The notes: generated by a model from the letters alone, not told the origin. Positions 21,673 through 33,706 are shown, counted from the stretch's first letter. The stretch is 64,000 bases of DNA from Paramoeba atlantica (GCA_977017575.1 CDRNVI010000099.1:186001-250000); one strand, 5' to 3'. Numbers and translations: made by a program.

Positions 21673-22362
21673 TTAATCTTCTGAATTACGATGCCCGATG
21701 TGAACTCCATTTACGTTCAAGCGGTTTTTGCCTCTTAATCTAATCACAGTTGCGGAGTCCGGGACCTCGCTGACATCTACAGTACCTTCAAAATCATTAT
21801 CCGACAAGTAGATCTCCTTTATGGTTTCCGGAAGGCCTCGCAACGAGACGGTACCAGAGAAATGGTTTTGATTTAGCCACAACCAAAGCAAACCTTGGGG
21901 CAAATGCTGCAGGTCGACAGGACCGTAGAACTCGTTCAAATTCAAACATAGCTTTGTGAGTGCAGATGGGAGCGTCGTGAGATCGACCTCCCCAGTGAAC
22001 TGGTTGCGATTAAGCCACAGATAGCTCACTGTGGAGGGGAGTTCTGCACTCTGCAGCGTACCTCCGAGTTTGTTACGATGTAGTTTAACGAAATGCACAT
22101 CCTCCGGAAGGAAGCTCCATGTGAGATTCCCCGATAATTGGAGATTCATCCATTCGAGGGCAATACCATCCTCACTCATTTGTCTAACACGAAACCACTT
22201 GGCGATCGGATTTCTATCGGTCCACGTTGCATGGGTATTCTGCACGTGCTGCAGAAAAAAGACGAGCTTTGTCTCGGCGTTCATACATGAGGCATGTACT
22301 TTCCCTAGTCGGGTCGCTGGTCGTCGTGGTTGCGCATCGTCTGCACTGGGTAGGGTAAGCAT
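21673..22362 (-). CDS. leucine-rich repeat protein (expanded family)
   Basis: LP..L..L.LN.N.F.G.VDL repeats; RLGKV leader. Confidence 0.87.
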   Translation of the reverse strand: MLTLPSADDAQPRRPATRLGKVHASCMNAETKLVFFLQHVQNTHATWTDRNPIAKWFRVRQMSEDGIALEWMNLQLSGNLTWSFLPEDVHFVKLHRNKLGGTLQSAELPSTVSYLWLNRNQFTGEVDLTTLPSALTKLCLNLNEFYGPVDLQHLPQGLLWLWLNQNHFSGTVSLRGLPETIKEIYLSDNDFEGTVDVSEVPDSATVIRLRGKNRLNVNGVHIGHRNSED

Positions 22363-23078
22363 TCTACAAACACAATTTCAGTATTGAATTGTACTAAATT
22401 AAAGTAAAGAAACCTAAATGGACTAAATTAAGTTGCTGATCGTTCTACAATGGCGTCCTATGGCGAGGGCCCTGAGCGTTAGTGGGAAGCAATTTGCGAA
22501 CCGGGAGGGGGGGTATACGAGGGCCCGCGTGAGGGGGCCTGAACCATACGCGTCGTCGTTAGTGGGAAGCAATTTGCGAAACCCCGTTTACCAACAGCCA
22601 CCGCTTTTTGACAACTGCTTCCTCCGTGCTTCCTCCGATCAGTATTATGTATGAACGTGCCAGGATTAAAATGACAGCATTAGTATTATCAAATATTCTA
22701 AGAAACACCGCCGTGTCGCAATAAGTGACCTGAAATTCCGAACTAAACCCGCGCAAAGGGGTAGCCGGGATCTTAGTGCGCATTTTCAGGCCCCCTACCC
22801 GGGGGTGACCCCTCTGGTATCTGCAGGACGAGTCCACCAAGTTCGGAATATTTCGGAAATTGGTTCTTTGAAAAAGAATTTAACGTGGCGGAAAAATAGG
22901 AAAGCAATTTCCGCACTGTCGTCTGTGCGCGTTTTCATGTTCCATTCCCCACTCTTTTTTCAACACAAACCCATAAAAAACGAAATCCATACAGTCTGAC
23001 AAGTGAAATTCATTTAAATTAAATGAATTTACAATTAAATTTACAATAAAAATTACAATTAAATTAATTGTAGTATTA

Positions 23079-23408
23079 CCGTATACCCCCCAGTAATAGA
23101 ATCGATTTTGGACCGAAATGGCCAAATCTCTGTTACTGGGGGGGTATGCTTTTTTGGTGAGAAAAGACCTTTCTTGTTCATGGGTGCACTGCGGGGGGGT
23201 ACGCTCTTTTGGTGGGAAAAGAACATTTTTGTTCATGGGTGCATTGATTCGCTCCCGCGCAACCACCCTCACCCAGCCCAGCGACCCCCACCCGCTCAAA
23301 CACCCCCCCTCCAACCACCCTCCCGAACCAAATCTCTGTTACTGGGGGTCAGCCCAAAAATGGCCAAATCTCTGTTACTGGGGGGGTCTATTACTGGGGG
23401 GTATACGG
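23079..23408. mobile_element. TA-flanked MITE (330 bp)
   Basis: TIR ccgtataccccccagtaatag / ctattactggggggtatacgg; TA both sides; a related end in reverse orientation at ~48985-49072. Confidence 0.86.
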
Positions 23409-24700
23409 TAGTCGATCATTCTACAAAAGTAAAGATTAATCGTTCAGTCGAAAGGTGGTGAATGCTTGTTACATCAAAAGTCTCAGATCATGATAACATA
23501 GTATCCATCATGAAGGAATTGTCTCACCAATGCCTCGCCATTGAGAGTTTTAGTACAATGTATTCTTCACGCTCTAAAAAATATTTTGGAACAGCATTAA
23601 AAATTATAAAATGATATAATTATATTGCTCCCATTTGACACGCACTCCCTTTATCATTCCTTGTTTGTCCGCCACAAGGGGTTTATAGCGGGAAAGCGTC
23701 CCAGAGGAACGCACCAATCAAATTAAGATTCTCTCAATCAATAGACACTTTGCTAGCGTAATTCGCCTTTCACTCCGTTCCATTCCTCGGGTGGGTTGGC
23801 CTCATTCCAGCTGGGGTGTTTGTCTGCGATGAAATTAACTAATTGCGCTAAAAGGAATTCATGTGGTATATGGGGGTCCCGGAAATGTAGAGGGATCAAG
23901 ATTCGCCAAACTTTGTTAGATAGGAGCACCGCATTCGAGAGCTCTCGCAGTGTTACGTGTCATATGCTATTGTGTACGACAAATGACCCGAAATGCTGGG
24001 TGTTTCCCAGATTAAATATCCCAGAAGATTCATTCCGGCCCAATCAAGTAAAGAGACTTAAATACAGCAAATGCACTTGACTCCTTGCCAAAGATCTGGC
24101 GGGTTGGATTCCTTCCAGGTGGGACGGAGCCGCTCAATGGTGACCCTTCTAACGAATCGATCTAAGTGAATTTCATGCGGCAGATTCGTACTACATACCT
24201 TCCGCGGAGAAGAGCGTGTCGCGTTCTTTTCATAAAAATATACACGTATGAATAGAGCACGTAGAAAAGAATGTGAAGTTGAACAAGAGTTTCAGTAAGT
24301 ACAGTAAGTAAAATCAAAAAGTACAGCAAGTACAGTAAGTAAAATAGGCGTTTCTAGAACTTAAAAGAGTAAATCTTTAAATTTTTTTTATCGTGCGACA
24401 ACACTAATGAATAGAGAATTGCATGTAGACAGGCGCGTGCATGAAACGACTTTTTCTCAAACCTTGGTGGAATCTTGCTTTTACACACACCCGTGTCATG
24501 CATGCATGCATGCATGTACGTATAATCTACACGTGCGACGCGTTACAAGGAAACCCTTGACCCATAAAGTAACTTTTCTGCACTCCAGTGCCTTCCTTCG
24601 GAGGCAGTTCAAAGAAGTTTCTTCAGTCTTCCTCATTCCTCCCCGCAGTCCCCCCTTTTTACCCCTTTCTCCCCCCTTCCCTCCCCCCCCCCCCTTCCCC

Positions 24701-27700
24701 TCACATCTCCCCCACCCTCACCCTCGGCCATATACTCATCGCCATCAACTCCTGAAACAGCAACTTACACGCGTACGGCATCATCACCCCCACCACCCGA
24801 TTCACCACCCCACAGGCCCGACAGCTGTACACCACCCCCCTCCCTCCTCCCCCCCCCGTCCCCCCCTCCACCCGCACACTCTCCGGCGACACCATCCCAC
24901 ACCCCTCACACACCAGCACCCGGTAGTGGTCACTCACGTGGAACAGCCGCTCCTTCAGCCACCCACTCGCCCCGTGCGCAATCATGCAGTCCCGTTCCAT
25001 CTCCCCGAACCGCAGCCCCCCGAGCGCGGCCCGCCCCTCCGGGGGCTGCCGGGTTAAGGCCATTAACCGTCCCCGGGCTCTTGCATGGATTTTATCCATC
25101 GCAATATGTTTTAACCGTTGGTAGTAGGTGGGACCGAAGAAGATTAACGCTTCTAACGGGAGCCCGGTGTGTCCGTTATAGAGCTTCTCCTGACCCCACT
25201 TCTGGTACCCGCACTCCTGGAGCGCCCGGGCCACGTCCTGGACTACGGTGGGGACGAAGGCGGTGGCCTCGATTTCGTGACCCGTGGCTGCGCCCACTTT
25301 CCCGAATAAGGTCTCGATTAAGTGCGCCACGGTCATCCGGGACGGGATGGCATGGGGGTTCATAATAATATCGGGGGTGAGACCCGAGGCGGTGAAGGGC
25401 ATGTCCTCGGGCCGGGTGGTGATCCCGATCGTGCCCTTCTGGCCGTGGCGGGAGCAGAACTTGTCCCCGACATTGGGGACACGGGGGGCACGGGTTTTGA
25501 TTTTGTAGAGACGGTGGGGGCCAGCCAGCGGGGAGGTGGTCTCGGTGAGGAGAACGGCATCGATGGTGCCGTGTTCGGTGATCTTGGGGGCGGTGCTGTT
25601 GTCTTTTTTGGGGAAGGCGGCGGAGGGGTTTTCCAGTGGGTTCTCGGGGTTGGGTTCGGTTTTACCAAAGATGGCGTCGTTGCCGGTGACGACACTCCCG
25701 GGGATGGCGAGACCGTCGGTGTCAAGCAGGTTGTAGTTGAGATTGCGACGGAGACGGGCGGAGGTTTTGTCGGGTTTTTCGTAGGTCTCGTGGGAGCCGG
25801 GTTCGTCCTCGTAGACTTGGTAGCGTACGCTGCGGAAGAAGCCGCGGTCGATGGCGGCTTGGTTCATCACGACGGAGTCCTCCTGGTTGTACCCGCTGTA
25901 GCACATGATGGCGACAATGGCGTTGTGGCCCGCGGGGAGGTCGTTGCTGTGCATGTAGCTCATGGCCTGGGTGCGGCAGAGTGGTTTTTGGGGGTAGTAG
26001 AGGACGTGGGCGGTGGTGTCGAAGCGGAGATTGTAGTTGGAGGCGTAAATGCCCATGGCTTGTTTCCCCATGGCGCTTTGGTAGGTGTTTCGTGTGCCGG
26101 GGTTGTGGTCGGCAAAGGGAATAATGGAGGCGCAGATCCCGAGGATTAAACTGGGGTGAATCTCGCAGTGGGTGTAGGCGTTCTTCGCGAGCTCTGTGCG
26201 GGACATGGCGATCAGCGCGGTGTCCTCCTCCTCGACGTCTAGAAAGTCAATATAGGGGCCCTGGAGGAGAAGTGACCACAGGGAGTTTCCGGGGCTCCGC
26301 GCGGCAACTTGTTTGCACCGCTCCAAGGCGTATCGCGTTAGGCTCACCTCATGGTTGTGGACGACAAAAACGGGGCGCACGGGACGGCCCGCATCGGTGC
26401 AAATACGCAGCTCCTTGTCTCGGATGTCGTGGACAATACTGAGGTAGTCCCCGCTGGCGTTCAGGGAGCTGGCGGCAGCGTGGGCCAGAGTGGTTTGATG
26501 AGGAGATCTTCCGGCTTGAAACCCACGCCCCGGTTCCCACGCGCTCTCTTGGATTCCCGACAACACGCGCGGAGCTGAGGTCAGGGCTCGGCTCTCTCTT
26601 CGCACCCGTTTCATCTTCTCTACAAGAGGAAACACGTCGTGGTGGGTACCAATCCAGCGCCCGTTAACAAACACACGAAACCCCTCCTCGGAGTGGCTCA
26701 TATTGAGCTCCTCGAGGGGCTCTACCCCCGCTTGCTCGAGCCAACGAATCACGCCTTGGGGGTCTGCCGCCCCTACGCTACATAGACTCAACAACGCGAG
26801 GTTTTTCACCAGCCCACATTGCCCCCCTTCCGGGGTCTCGGCTGGACACAGCATCCCCCAGTGGGTACAATGCAACATACGGGGTTTGGTTTGCTTACTA
26901 CTCGTGTCAATTGGCGTGTTAAGTCGTCGAAGATGAGATAGCGCAGAGGAGTAGGTCAAACGATTGAGCACTTGCGCGACTCCGGTTTTGCTCCCCTCGA
27001 GTTGTCCTTTGACACCCCAGTTTCCTGTGGCTAAGGCGTACGCCAAGTTCGCGGTAACGGCATTCGCTACGCAGCGCTCAAAAGCATCCCGTAGATTCAG
27101 CTGAGCTCGCTTTTTCAGTTCCCGGTCCAGAAACGGTTTCAAACTTTTTTGCATCGCATGGGAGAGCACTGCACTTAGCAATTGCCCCAGCAATGCGCCC
27201 GCAGTGTCGATACGTTTGTTGCCGTAAAAATCACGATCATCTTGTTCCCGTCTTCCAAGCGCGACGAGCAACAGTTTATGAGCAATATACCCGAGGTAGT
27301 ACGACTTCCCGCGCTCACATCCAGGCTCTACCCCCATGTGCGGTAGAAACGTGGATTGGAGGAATTGCCGCCCTACCGCTTCCTGTTCCGCAGCCGGTCT
27401 CGTGGCTAAATCCGGGCGATACCGAAGCGCAATAAAGCGAACCGCCTGGGACGCACTCGGCAAATCTTTCGCCTCCTCGACGCTGGGCTGCAGTTTCTCC
27501 AACATTTCAAAATCTTCCAGGTTGTACGCGCAAAGTGTCATCCCCTCCTTATCACTTCCACACCCGAGGGCACGCATCAGCACAAAAAGAGGAATATCTT
27601 CGGCCAGCGCTTTATGAAAAACCCGCAATGTGCCAATTTCCGCCATGAGCTTTAATTTCACCGTACTCGGGGCACGATACGACCCTTCCATTGCACTTCG

Positions 27701-28519
27701 TATCTCCGCAATATGCGAAACCGTGTCCAATTTCCCCCGTGCGAAAACCATCACATGGTTACTGGCCTGTCGTTCCTGGGCGACCATGACCTTCTCGGTC
27801 CCCTTCACGACAAAATACCCCCCCTGGTCATGGAGGCACTCCCGGGCCCATGGCATTTCACGCTCCGCTACTTTGGCTAAATTACACCACTGTGATTTCA
27901 ACATCACCGGGACGCGACCGATATCGATTTTCGCATGCAAATGATCCGACAGTAACACAAACTCACTGTCGGGGGATTGTTGTGAAAAGCGTCGGACCCG
28001 GACATCGGCCATGATGGCCCCTGCGTAGGTCAGCCGACGCAGCCGACAATCCTGCGGGTACAGCAGCCGGGCCTCCTCCCCGCCCAACGGTAACGCGGTC
28101 TCATCTTGCGGCACGGCTCGGGTTAAATCTTTTAACTCGATGGAAACAAATTCGCGACAAAAACTGGAGGGGTCTTCGCCGGGGTGATTCGCGTTGGTGA
28201 GTTCGATTTCAATCGGTCGGGTCTCGCGCAAAATCCGGGGGAGCCCGACGAGCATGAAATGGTTGAAGCTGTCGAGCTGGGAGGACACGAGGCCTTTCTC
28301 GGTGAAGAACGCGGTGACGACCTCCCAGAGCTGTTCCGGGGAGAGGTGGGAGGGGGTGGGGGGGAGGGTGGAAGGGGGAGCGGGGGAGAAGGGGGAGAAG
28401 GGGTCCTCCGGATGGGGGGTTGCGGCTTGGGAGGAGGAGGAGGTGGAGGAGAGCTCGGCGTCGTCGAGACTGAGCTCGTCGATGGCTTCAAGGGTGTCGA
28501 TTTCGTCAGGAGCGGACAT
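24701..28519 (-). CDS. RPB2: DNA-directed RNA polymerase II second-largest subunit
   Basis: DQGGYFVVKGTEKV, CPAETPEG, RNTYQSAMGKQAMG, GYNQEDS, GDKFCSRHGQKG, GGLRFGEMERDCMIAHG, PYACKLLFQELMAM. Confidence 0.97.
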   Translation of the reverse strand: MSAPDEIDTLEAIDELSLDDAELSSTSSSSQAATPHPEDPFSPFSPAPPSTLPPTPSHLSPEQLWEVVTAFFTEKGLVSSQLDSFNHFMLVGLPRILRETRPIEIELTNANHPGEDPSSFCREFVSIELKDLTRAVPQDETALPLGGEEARLLYPQDCRLRRLTYAGAIMADVRVRRFSQQSPDSEFVLLSDHLHAKIDIGRVPVMLKSQWCNLAKVAEREMPWARECLHDQGGYFVVKGTEKVMVAQERQASNHVMVFARGKLDTVSHIAEIRSAMEGSYRAPSTVKLKLMAEIGTLRVFHKALAEDIPLFVLMRALGCGSDKEGMTLCAYNLEDFEMLEKLQPSVEEAKDLPSASQAVRFIALRYRPDLATRPAAEQEAVGRQFLQSTFLPHMGVEPGCERGKSYYLGYIAHKLLLVALGRREQDDRDFYGNKRIDTAGALLGQLLSAVLSHAMQKSLKPFLDRELKKRAQLNLRDAFERCVANAVTANLAYALATGNWGVKGQLEGSKTGVAQVLNRLTYSSALSHLRRLNTPIDTSSKQTKPRMLHCTHWGMLCPAETPEGGQCGLVKNLALLSLCSVGAADPQGVIRWLEQAGVEPLEELNMSHSEEGFRVFVNGRWIGTHHDVFPLVEKMKRVRRESRALTSAPRVLSGIQESAWEPGRGFQAGRSPHQTTLAHAAASSLNASGDYLSIVHDIRDKELRICTDAGRPVRPVFVVHNHEVSLTRYALERCKQVAARSPGNSLWSLLLQGPYIDFLDVEEEDTALIAMSRTELAKNAYTHCEIHPSLILGICASIIPFADHNPGTRNTYQSAMGKQAMGIYASNYNLRFDTTAHVLYYPQKPLCRTQAMSYMHSNDLPAGHNAIVAIMCYSGYNQEDSVVMNQAAIDRGFFRSVRYQVYEDEPGSHETYEKPDKTSARLRRNLNYNLLDTDGLAIPGSVVTGNDAIFGKTEPNPENPLENPSAAFPKKDNSTAPKITEHGTIDAVLLTETTSPLAGPHRLYKIKTRAPRVPNVGDKFCSRHGQKGTIGITTRPEDMPFTASGLTPDIIMNPHAIPSRMTVAHLIETLFGKVGAATGHEIEATAFVPTVVQDVARALQECGYQKWGQEKLYNGHTGLPLEALIFFGPTYYQRLKHIAMDKIHARARGRLMALTRQPPEGRAALGGLRFGEMERDCMIAHGASGWLKERLFHVSDHYRVLVCEGCGMVSPESVRVEGGTGGGGGRGVVYSCRACGVVNRVVGVMMPYACKLLFQELMAMSIWPRVRVGEM

Positions 28520-28922
28520 GGGGGTGGATGGGGTGTTGGTAGGGAATAATAAAGTGTCTAGGGATGAGGAATGTGGTGGGTTTTCGACTTACAATTCATA
28601 CTTCATAGGTTTGGAGAAAAGTAATTAGGATTATCATAAGGGTGCAAATTTCCCCGTAGAAAACTTGACGTTTCCAGTGCCTTGGTTCTAAAAAACCCAA
28701 GAATTATGTATTGGAACGTGAAAAACGTTCGCCAATTTTATGAACAGAAAAGTAAGGAAAGGTTGCAAAGTAGCTGAGGATGACTTTTTAAATATCCAAA
28801 AACGTGAGAAAGCGCAAATATATAGAGCCTGAGTGATCATACGAAATTCAGAGCGATCTAGGTAACCTGGTTTCTAAGAATACAGTGTAGAAATGTATAC
28901 AGCGACTTTACCAGCGCACCGT

Positions 28923-30434
28923 CTACTCCTTGTGCTTCCGATGTTTCTTCTTATGCTTGTCTTTGTCCCTGTGCTTGTCTTTCCTGTGCTTCTTGTCCTT
29001 GTGTTTTCGCTTCTCCTTTTTATGATTCTTTCTGTCACTCTTCTCCTTTTTCGATATCTCCTTACGCTTCCTCTTCCGCTCTTTGCGCTCTGCCTCACTC
29101 TCCGAGTCTGAAGAACCCTCACTCCCCTCACTCTCCGACTCACTGGAGTTTGCAAAATCCCCGGAGCTTACATCACTGTCCTCGGTTTCCTCCTCCTCCT
29201 CACTGTCGGTTTCCTCCTCCCCTTCCTCATCGGTGATCAACCCCACGCCCCTTGCTTTCATCCACGCCATCACCCCAGAACCCTCAGCCTTATCGATGGC
29301 CCCAAACATCAATTTTTCACCCCGGTTCGTGACCAGCGTCACCGAAAAAGTTCGATTCAACGCCACCCCGCCCAACCCCTCCACCTTCCCCTCCTTGATT
29401 TCCTCATACCGCACATACACCGCGGGGCGATGCAAAAACAGTAGCGATTTGTCCAACAAGTAGACAAACCCGGTCTGGCCCTTATGTACGGCCCGGACCG
29501 CGGGACAGTGACTTGCACTCCCCCCCGCTGCCCTCGGGCGAAACAAACTTTGTCCCAAAATCTTTTTTTGGGTCAGCCCTTTGAGCAGTTTCGCCACCAC
29601 CTCATTCCGTGGCCCGCTCATCACGGGGGCCAACATCCCGGCGGAGGCGGGAAAGTGTTGTTGAATTTGTGAGGGGGTCAAATTCACTTTTTGTGCGGTT
29701 GTGGAGGTCTTGGGTTGTGAGCCCTGGGCCTCCCCCCCCTCCCCCTCCCCACACACCTCCTCCTCATCAAACACAAACACCAGCAGTTTGTGTGCGGAGG
29801 CCCCGATGCGAATCGGGGAGGAGAGCGCCAGTATAAAGTACTTGCGCCCCCCGAGGGGGTGGGGGAGGAGAAACATACACTGCAGGGTGTGGATCGGGAT
29901 CCCGTAGGTTTGGTTCTTTTTGGACTCCCGGAGCTGGAGAAGCGTAGGGGTTAGCGTCATGGAGAACACAGCGCTGGGGGCCGCGCAGGTGAGATCGGGG
30001 AGGGTCGCGAGAACGGGGGGGAGGGGGGAGGGGTCGTTGGGGGCGACATTGGAGCCTTCTACCGTGTCGGGAGGGGGAAGGGGAAGCGTGTGGGTAAGTA
30101 AATGTCCTTGAACGAGCTGGGTGAGGGTTTTGGCCCCATCCTTGTCGTCGGGATCGAGTCCTAAGGGTTTTGGGGGGATAGAGAGGCGAATTTCGTGGGG
30201 TTGGGCCTCGAAACGGGGTGCGTCGGAAGGGGTGGGGGATTCGGGGGAAGCGGCGGATTCGGAGGTCACGGATCCGAGTTGGAAGGTGACGTCGGTTTTG
30301 CTTTGCGTGCAGGAGAGAACCCGGGAGAGGGGGATTTGGAGTAAGGCGTGTTGGTCGTGCGCGTTCAACCGCACCGCGTGGTCGCCCAGTGAGATCTCAC
30401 CCCAGGATTGACAAGAGAGTGAAGGGGTTGACAT
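28923..30434 (-). CDS. SSRP1: FACT complex subunit SSRP1/Pob3
   Basis: FLLPH....YFILALSSPIRIG, KGQTGFVYLLDKSLLFLHRPAVYVRYEEI (PH/Rtt106-like domain); acidic then lysine-rich tail. Confidence 0.87.
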   Translation of the reverse strand: MSTPSLSCQSWGEISLGDHAVRLNAHDQHALLQIPLSRVLSCTQSKTDVTFQLGSVTSESAASPESPTPSDAPRFEAQPHEIRLSIPPKPLGLDPDDKDGAKTLTQLVQGHLLTHTLPLPPPDTVEGSNVAPNDPSPLPPVLATLPDLTCAAPSAVFSMTLTPTLLQLRESKKNQTYGIPIHTLQCMFLLPHPLGGRKYFILALSSPIRIGASAHKLLVFVFDEEEVCGEGEGGEAQGSQPKTSTTAQKVNLTPSQIQQHFPASAGMLAPVMSGPRNEVVAKLLKGLTQKKILGQSLFRPRAAGGSASHCPAVRAVHKGQTGFVYLLDKSLLFLHRPAVYVRYEEIKEGKVEGLGGVALNRTFSVTLVTNRGEKLMFGAIDKAEGSGVMAWMKARGVGLITDEEGEEETDSEEEEETEDSDVSSGDFANSSESESEGSEGSSDSESEAERKERKRKRKEISKKEKSDRKNHKKEKRKHKDKKHRKDKHRDKDKHKKKHRKHKE

Positions 30435-30841
30435 AGAGGGAAAGAGTAAGGGAATGCTATTTTGGTATTAGGGGAGGTATTGGACTGAAATAGAATTATA
30501 TGAAATTATAACTTGGAGATCAGAACCCAGAAATCCGTGGAGGCCGAACCGGGTGCGGTTAGCGTGATTAGTAAACTTTCATTTCATACTGTGATTCGAA
30601 ATTCAAGAAATTTCAAATCGTTCTGTGTAAATTTATTAGATTTTTAGAATATGTGAGCGAACCTAATTTTCGTCCCACCCCAAAATTCGTTATTAGAACG
30701 AATCGCATTTCGTAGAACTTCTACTATAAAGAGTTTTAAAAATGCGCCAGTGCGTTGTTTTGTAAATATGAACCCCATTTTGTGAACACCAAAGGACCTT
30801 TCTACCTCGCTTTCTCCGTCCATTGTTCCACAACGTTATTC

Positions 30842-31237
30842 GGTGGAATTGAACGAAGTTTGCACACTTTTTCAAAAAAAATAAAAACGATCTTTATTAT
30901 TATTATTTTTTGCTTCTGTTGCTTGCAAAACATATAGTTTAGAAATTTTGCTAGTATCTTTGACCTTTTTACGTTCTTCAGGTACGGATAAAATCATGGT
31001 CAATCACTTTGATGGTGGGTTTTGTTGTGAGTGTATTGAAATGAACTGTGTCACACGTCTTCCGTTTATTGAGGTTAAGTGAGGTTAAGCCCGCTGGTAC
31101 GAGTTTTGTTGGATGTTGCATTGTTTTGTGCGGAAATCGTCTTGTCTGCATCATTTTGATTTTCTTTGGAATTTGTTGATATTTGGTCACTTTTAGAATT
31201 TTTATTACAAAGTGTGCAAACTTCGTTCAATCTGACC
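30842..31237. mobile_element. Merlin-derived MITE (396 bp)
   Basis: TIR ggtggaattgaacgaagtttgcacac / gtgtgcaaacttcgttcaatctgacc; perfect 8-bp TSD cgttattc; interior matches 17390-17500. Confidence 0.92.
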
Positions 31238-31603
31238 CGTTATTCATTGTTGTAGGACAAGCCTACAATTATTAGGCACCGCGACAACTGTGTTAGATCA
31301 TGAACCGATGGTGCAAACCAAAGTTTCCAGAGTCCCTTTCTCCGAATCTCGTTCGACAACGTAATTCCTAGTATTCGGACAATCTTTGATCGTGCACTTA
31401 TGGAAGATTTGCTTCACTATGACCTTCCCCGCATACCACGGGTGGATCATGTGAGGTTTCGTCCTCATCGGAGGTATGTGGATGCAGAGAGCTCGGGTCC
31501 CAGGTGCAGAGAGCTCGATTGTCATGTGCAAGTGCACAGAGCGGGATGCGTAATCCCCATATCAGTTTCCAATAATAAAGGTAGAGGGGTGATTAAATGA
31601 GTA

Positions 31604-32551
31604 CAAAAAATAAACCCCCGCTCACAAAAAGTGACCCCCCTCTTTTTTTCGTACAAATGTCCGTTTGAGCTGATTTTTGTTGCATTTTGCAGATCTCAAC
31701 ACAATGACTTTGCGCGTGAAGAAATGAGACAAAAAGAAACGAATACGCACAATTTAGAGAAGAATTAACATTTTTTCACATTTTCGCCCTTCAATCTTAT
31801 ACACTCCTTAAGTCGAGAATCAAAACTCAATACTGTTTTGTCGATCACTTTTTGAGTTAAAGAAGACCATACTTTACGTACACATCGGATAAGTGAAGGC
31901 TTGTCCGATGGCGTTTGTTCGTCTACCGCCTCTTGGACCATAGACCAGACGTTTTTTATGGGGGAAAGGTCGGGCGAGTTGGGGGGGCAGTTTCTTAGAA
32001 CATCACTCATTCGATTCTCAATGTACTCTTTGGAGGCACGGGCAGTATGTGCCGTTGCCCCATCCTGTTGAAATACACTATTAGGTGGGAAATCTACCTG
32101 TTTTGATGTTTCTATGTACGTCTTGCTTGTAATAGATGTGTCATTTGGTAGAATAACCAAATACCTCCACCCACAGGACTCAAAGTGTATTCCCCGCTAG
32201 ATTTTTTTTCGTTCAGATATTTTTTGATTATCCCTCTAGAGACGTTAAGATCACGGGATAATTGTTTTATCGGAACACCTTCTCCATGTCTCATCTTCAA
32301 AAGAACCTTACCACTATCCGTAAGCGCCCCTTTTGGAAGCCGATATGGTGATTTGGTCACTTTTTGGAAAAAAAAGTTGAAAAGCCAATTATTTTTTTTG
32401 ACTAAATTTTAGAATTTTAAAATGAGCTAAAAACAGCGGGAACGTGCAGATCTCGAAATTTTGAACGAAACAGTGGTATGATAACCCACCCACGCCCCCA
32501 TGTGCTAAAAATAAGGGGGGGTCACTTATTCGTGAGCGGGGGTTTATATTG
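31604..32551 (-). mobile_element. internally deleted Tc1/mariner element
   Basis: TIR ..taaacccccgctcac..aagtgacccccc; HTH ORF 32112-32360; FQQDGATAH...PPNSPDLSPIKNVW...SFDSRLKECI in ORF 31765-32160; first catalytic Asp region deleted. Confidence 0.87.
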
Positions 32552-33124
32552 TTGTCGCTAAACTTGTAAATTTCAATCCCAAGAAAAAAGTGATGCGGGC
32601 AAGAATCAAAAGGCATACAACTCGAAAACTGGAGGGAAAGAACAAAATTTGTAAAATTGAATCGCAAGAACATGTGATGCGGGCAAGAACCAAAGAGCAT
32701 ACAACTCGAAAACTTGAACTAAAGAGCAAAATTAGAAACTTTGAATCCCCCCCCAAAAAAATAAAGAGTATTATTACGACCATACTCTGCAGACGGAGCA
32801 AAATGTTTTATCATAGAGATCTACATGTAGGTCAATCTATTTAGCAAAACGAAGTTAGTACTGAGAAAAAGACGTAGTAGGTAATTTAGGTGATGAGAAA
32901 AAAAGCAAAAAAAATAGTTTCCGAAAATTATTGAGACCAATTTATCGTATTCTCCTCCGAAACAGCATTCCAGCGTTCAGGCTTGCATATTTCGCCAGCC
33001 GGTCTACCTGGAGTGCTGGTGGGCATGCGACAAAGTAAATCCTGGTTATGACCTAAATAAAGTTGCTCTATACAGCGGGGCATGTGGGTCAAGTCAACAA
33101 TCCCAGAAAATTTGTTGATTCCAA

Positions 33125-33706
33125 TTTTTTTTGATGTTCATGCGCTCGTTGGCGCAGAGATACAGCCCTTGATGCGACAGCCGATATCATCGGCACAATC
33201 CGTATTGACGGATGTCGCACCAAGGGGGTTTAGCTCGGACTCTGTCGGTAGAGGGGGTCCAGGCAACTCGCCCTCTCTTTACGCAGCCGGAGGGGCGCAC
33301 TGCAACCGACTCGGTCCCAGTCGGTAGAGGTGGTCCAGGCAACTCACCACCTCTTTACGCAGCCGGAGGGGCGCACTGCAACCGACCGCTGCCTCGCGAT
33401 AAGACGAGGCAGAGCCACGCCCAGTGGTCCTCAAGGGAGGCCACCATGGCGCATGGCTCCCCGGGAAGAAAAGGGCGCGAAGGGAAGAAAGCCGGGGAGG
33501 GAAGAAAACCCACTCAAGGAGTGAGCCGGGGAGGGGTGATGGGGTGGAAGCGCGTCCCCTACTTCTCCGAGAAAGAGGGACAGTTTCGGCCTTAGTGCCG
33601 GCCGGCAACGGGCATATAAAACAGTAAGATTATGCCCGTTGCCGGGGAAAGAAAAGATGAACTAAAGGGAAAATGTACCAACAAGGTACAGAAACTGTAT
33701 CTTTAT
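33125..33706 (-). ncRNA. spliced-leader-headed structured non-coding element, copy B
   Basis: Reverse complement begins ataaagatacagtttctgtaccttgttg|gtac and ends gaacatcaaaaaaaa; colinear with 7291-7841, with two complete 67-nt modules. Confidence 0.72.

Noticed and set aside
24407-28628. Long plus-strand Pro/His/Gly-rich ORFs overlapping RPB2 (similar ones overlap SSRP1, the TPM gene and GH31)
   Set aside because: Antisense shadows produced by GC-rich, stop-poor codon usage of the real genes.
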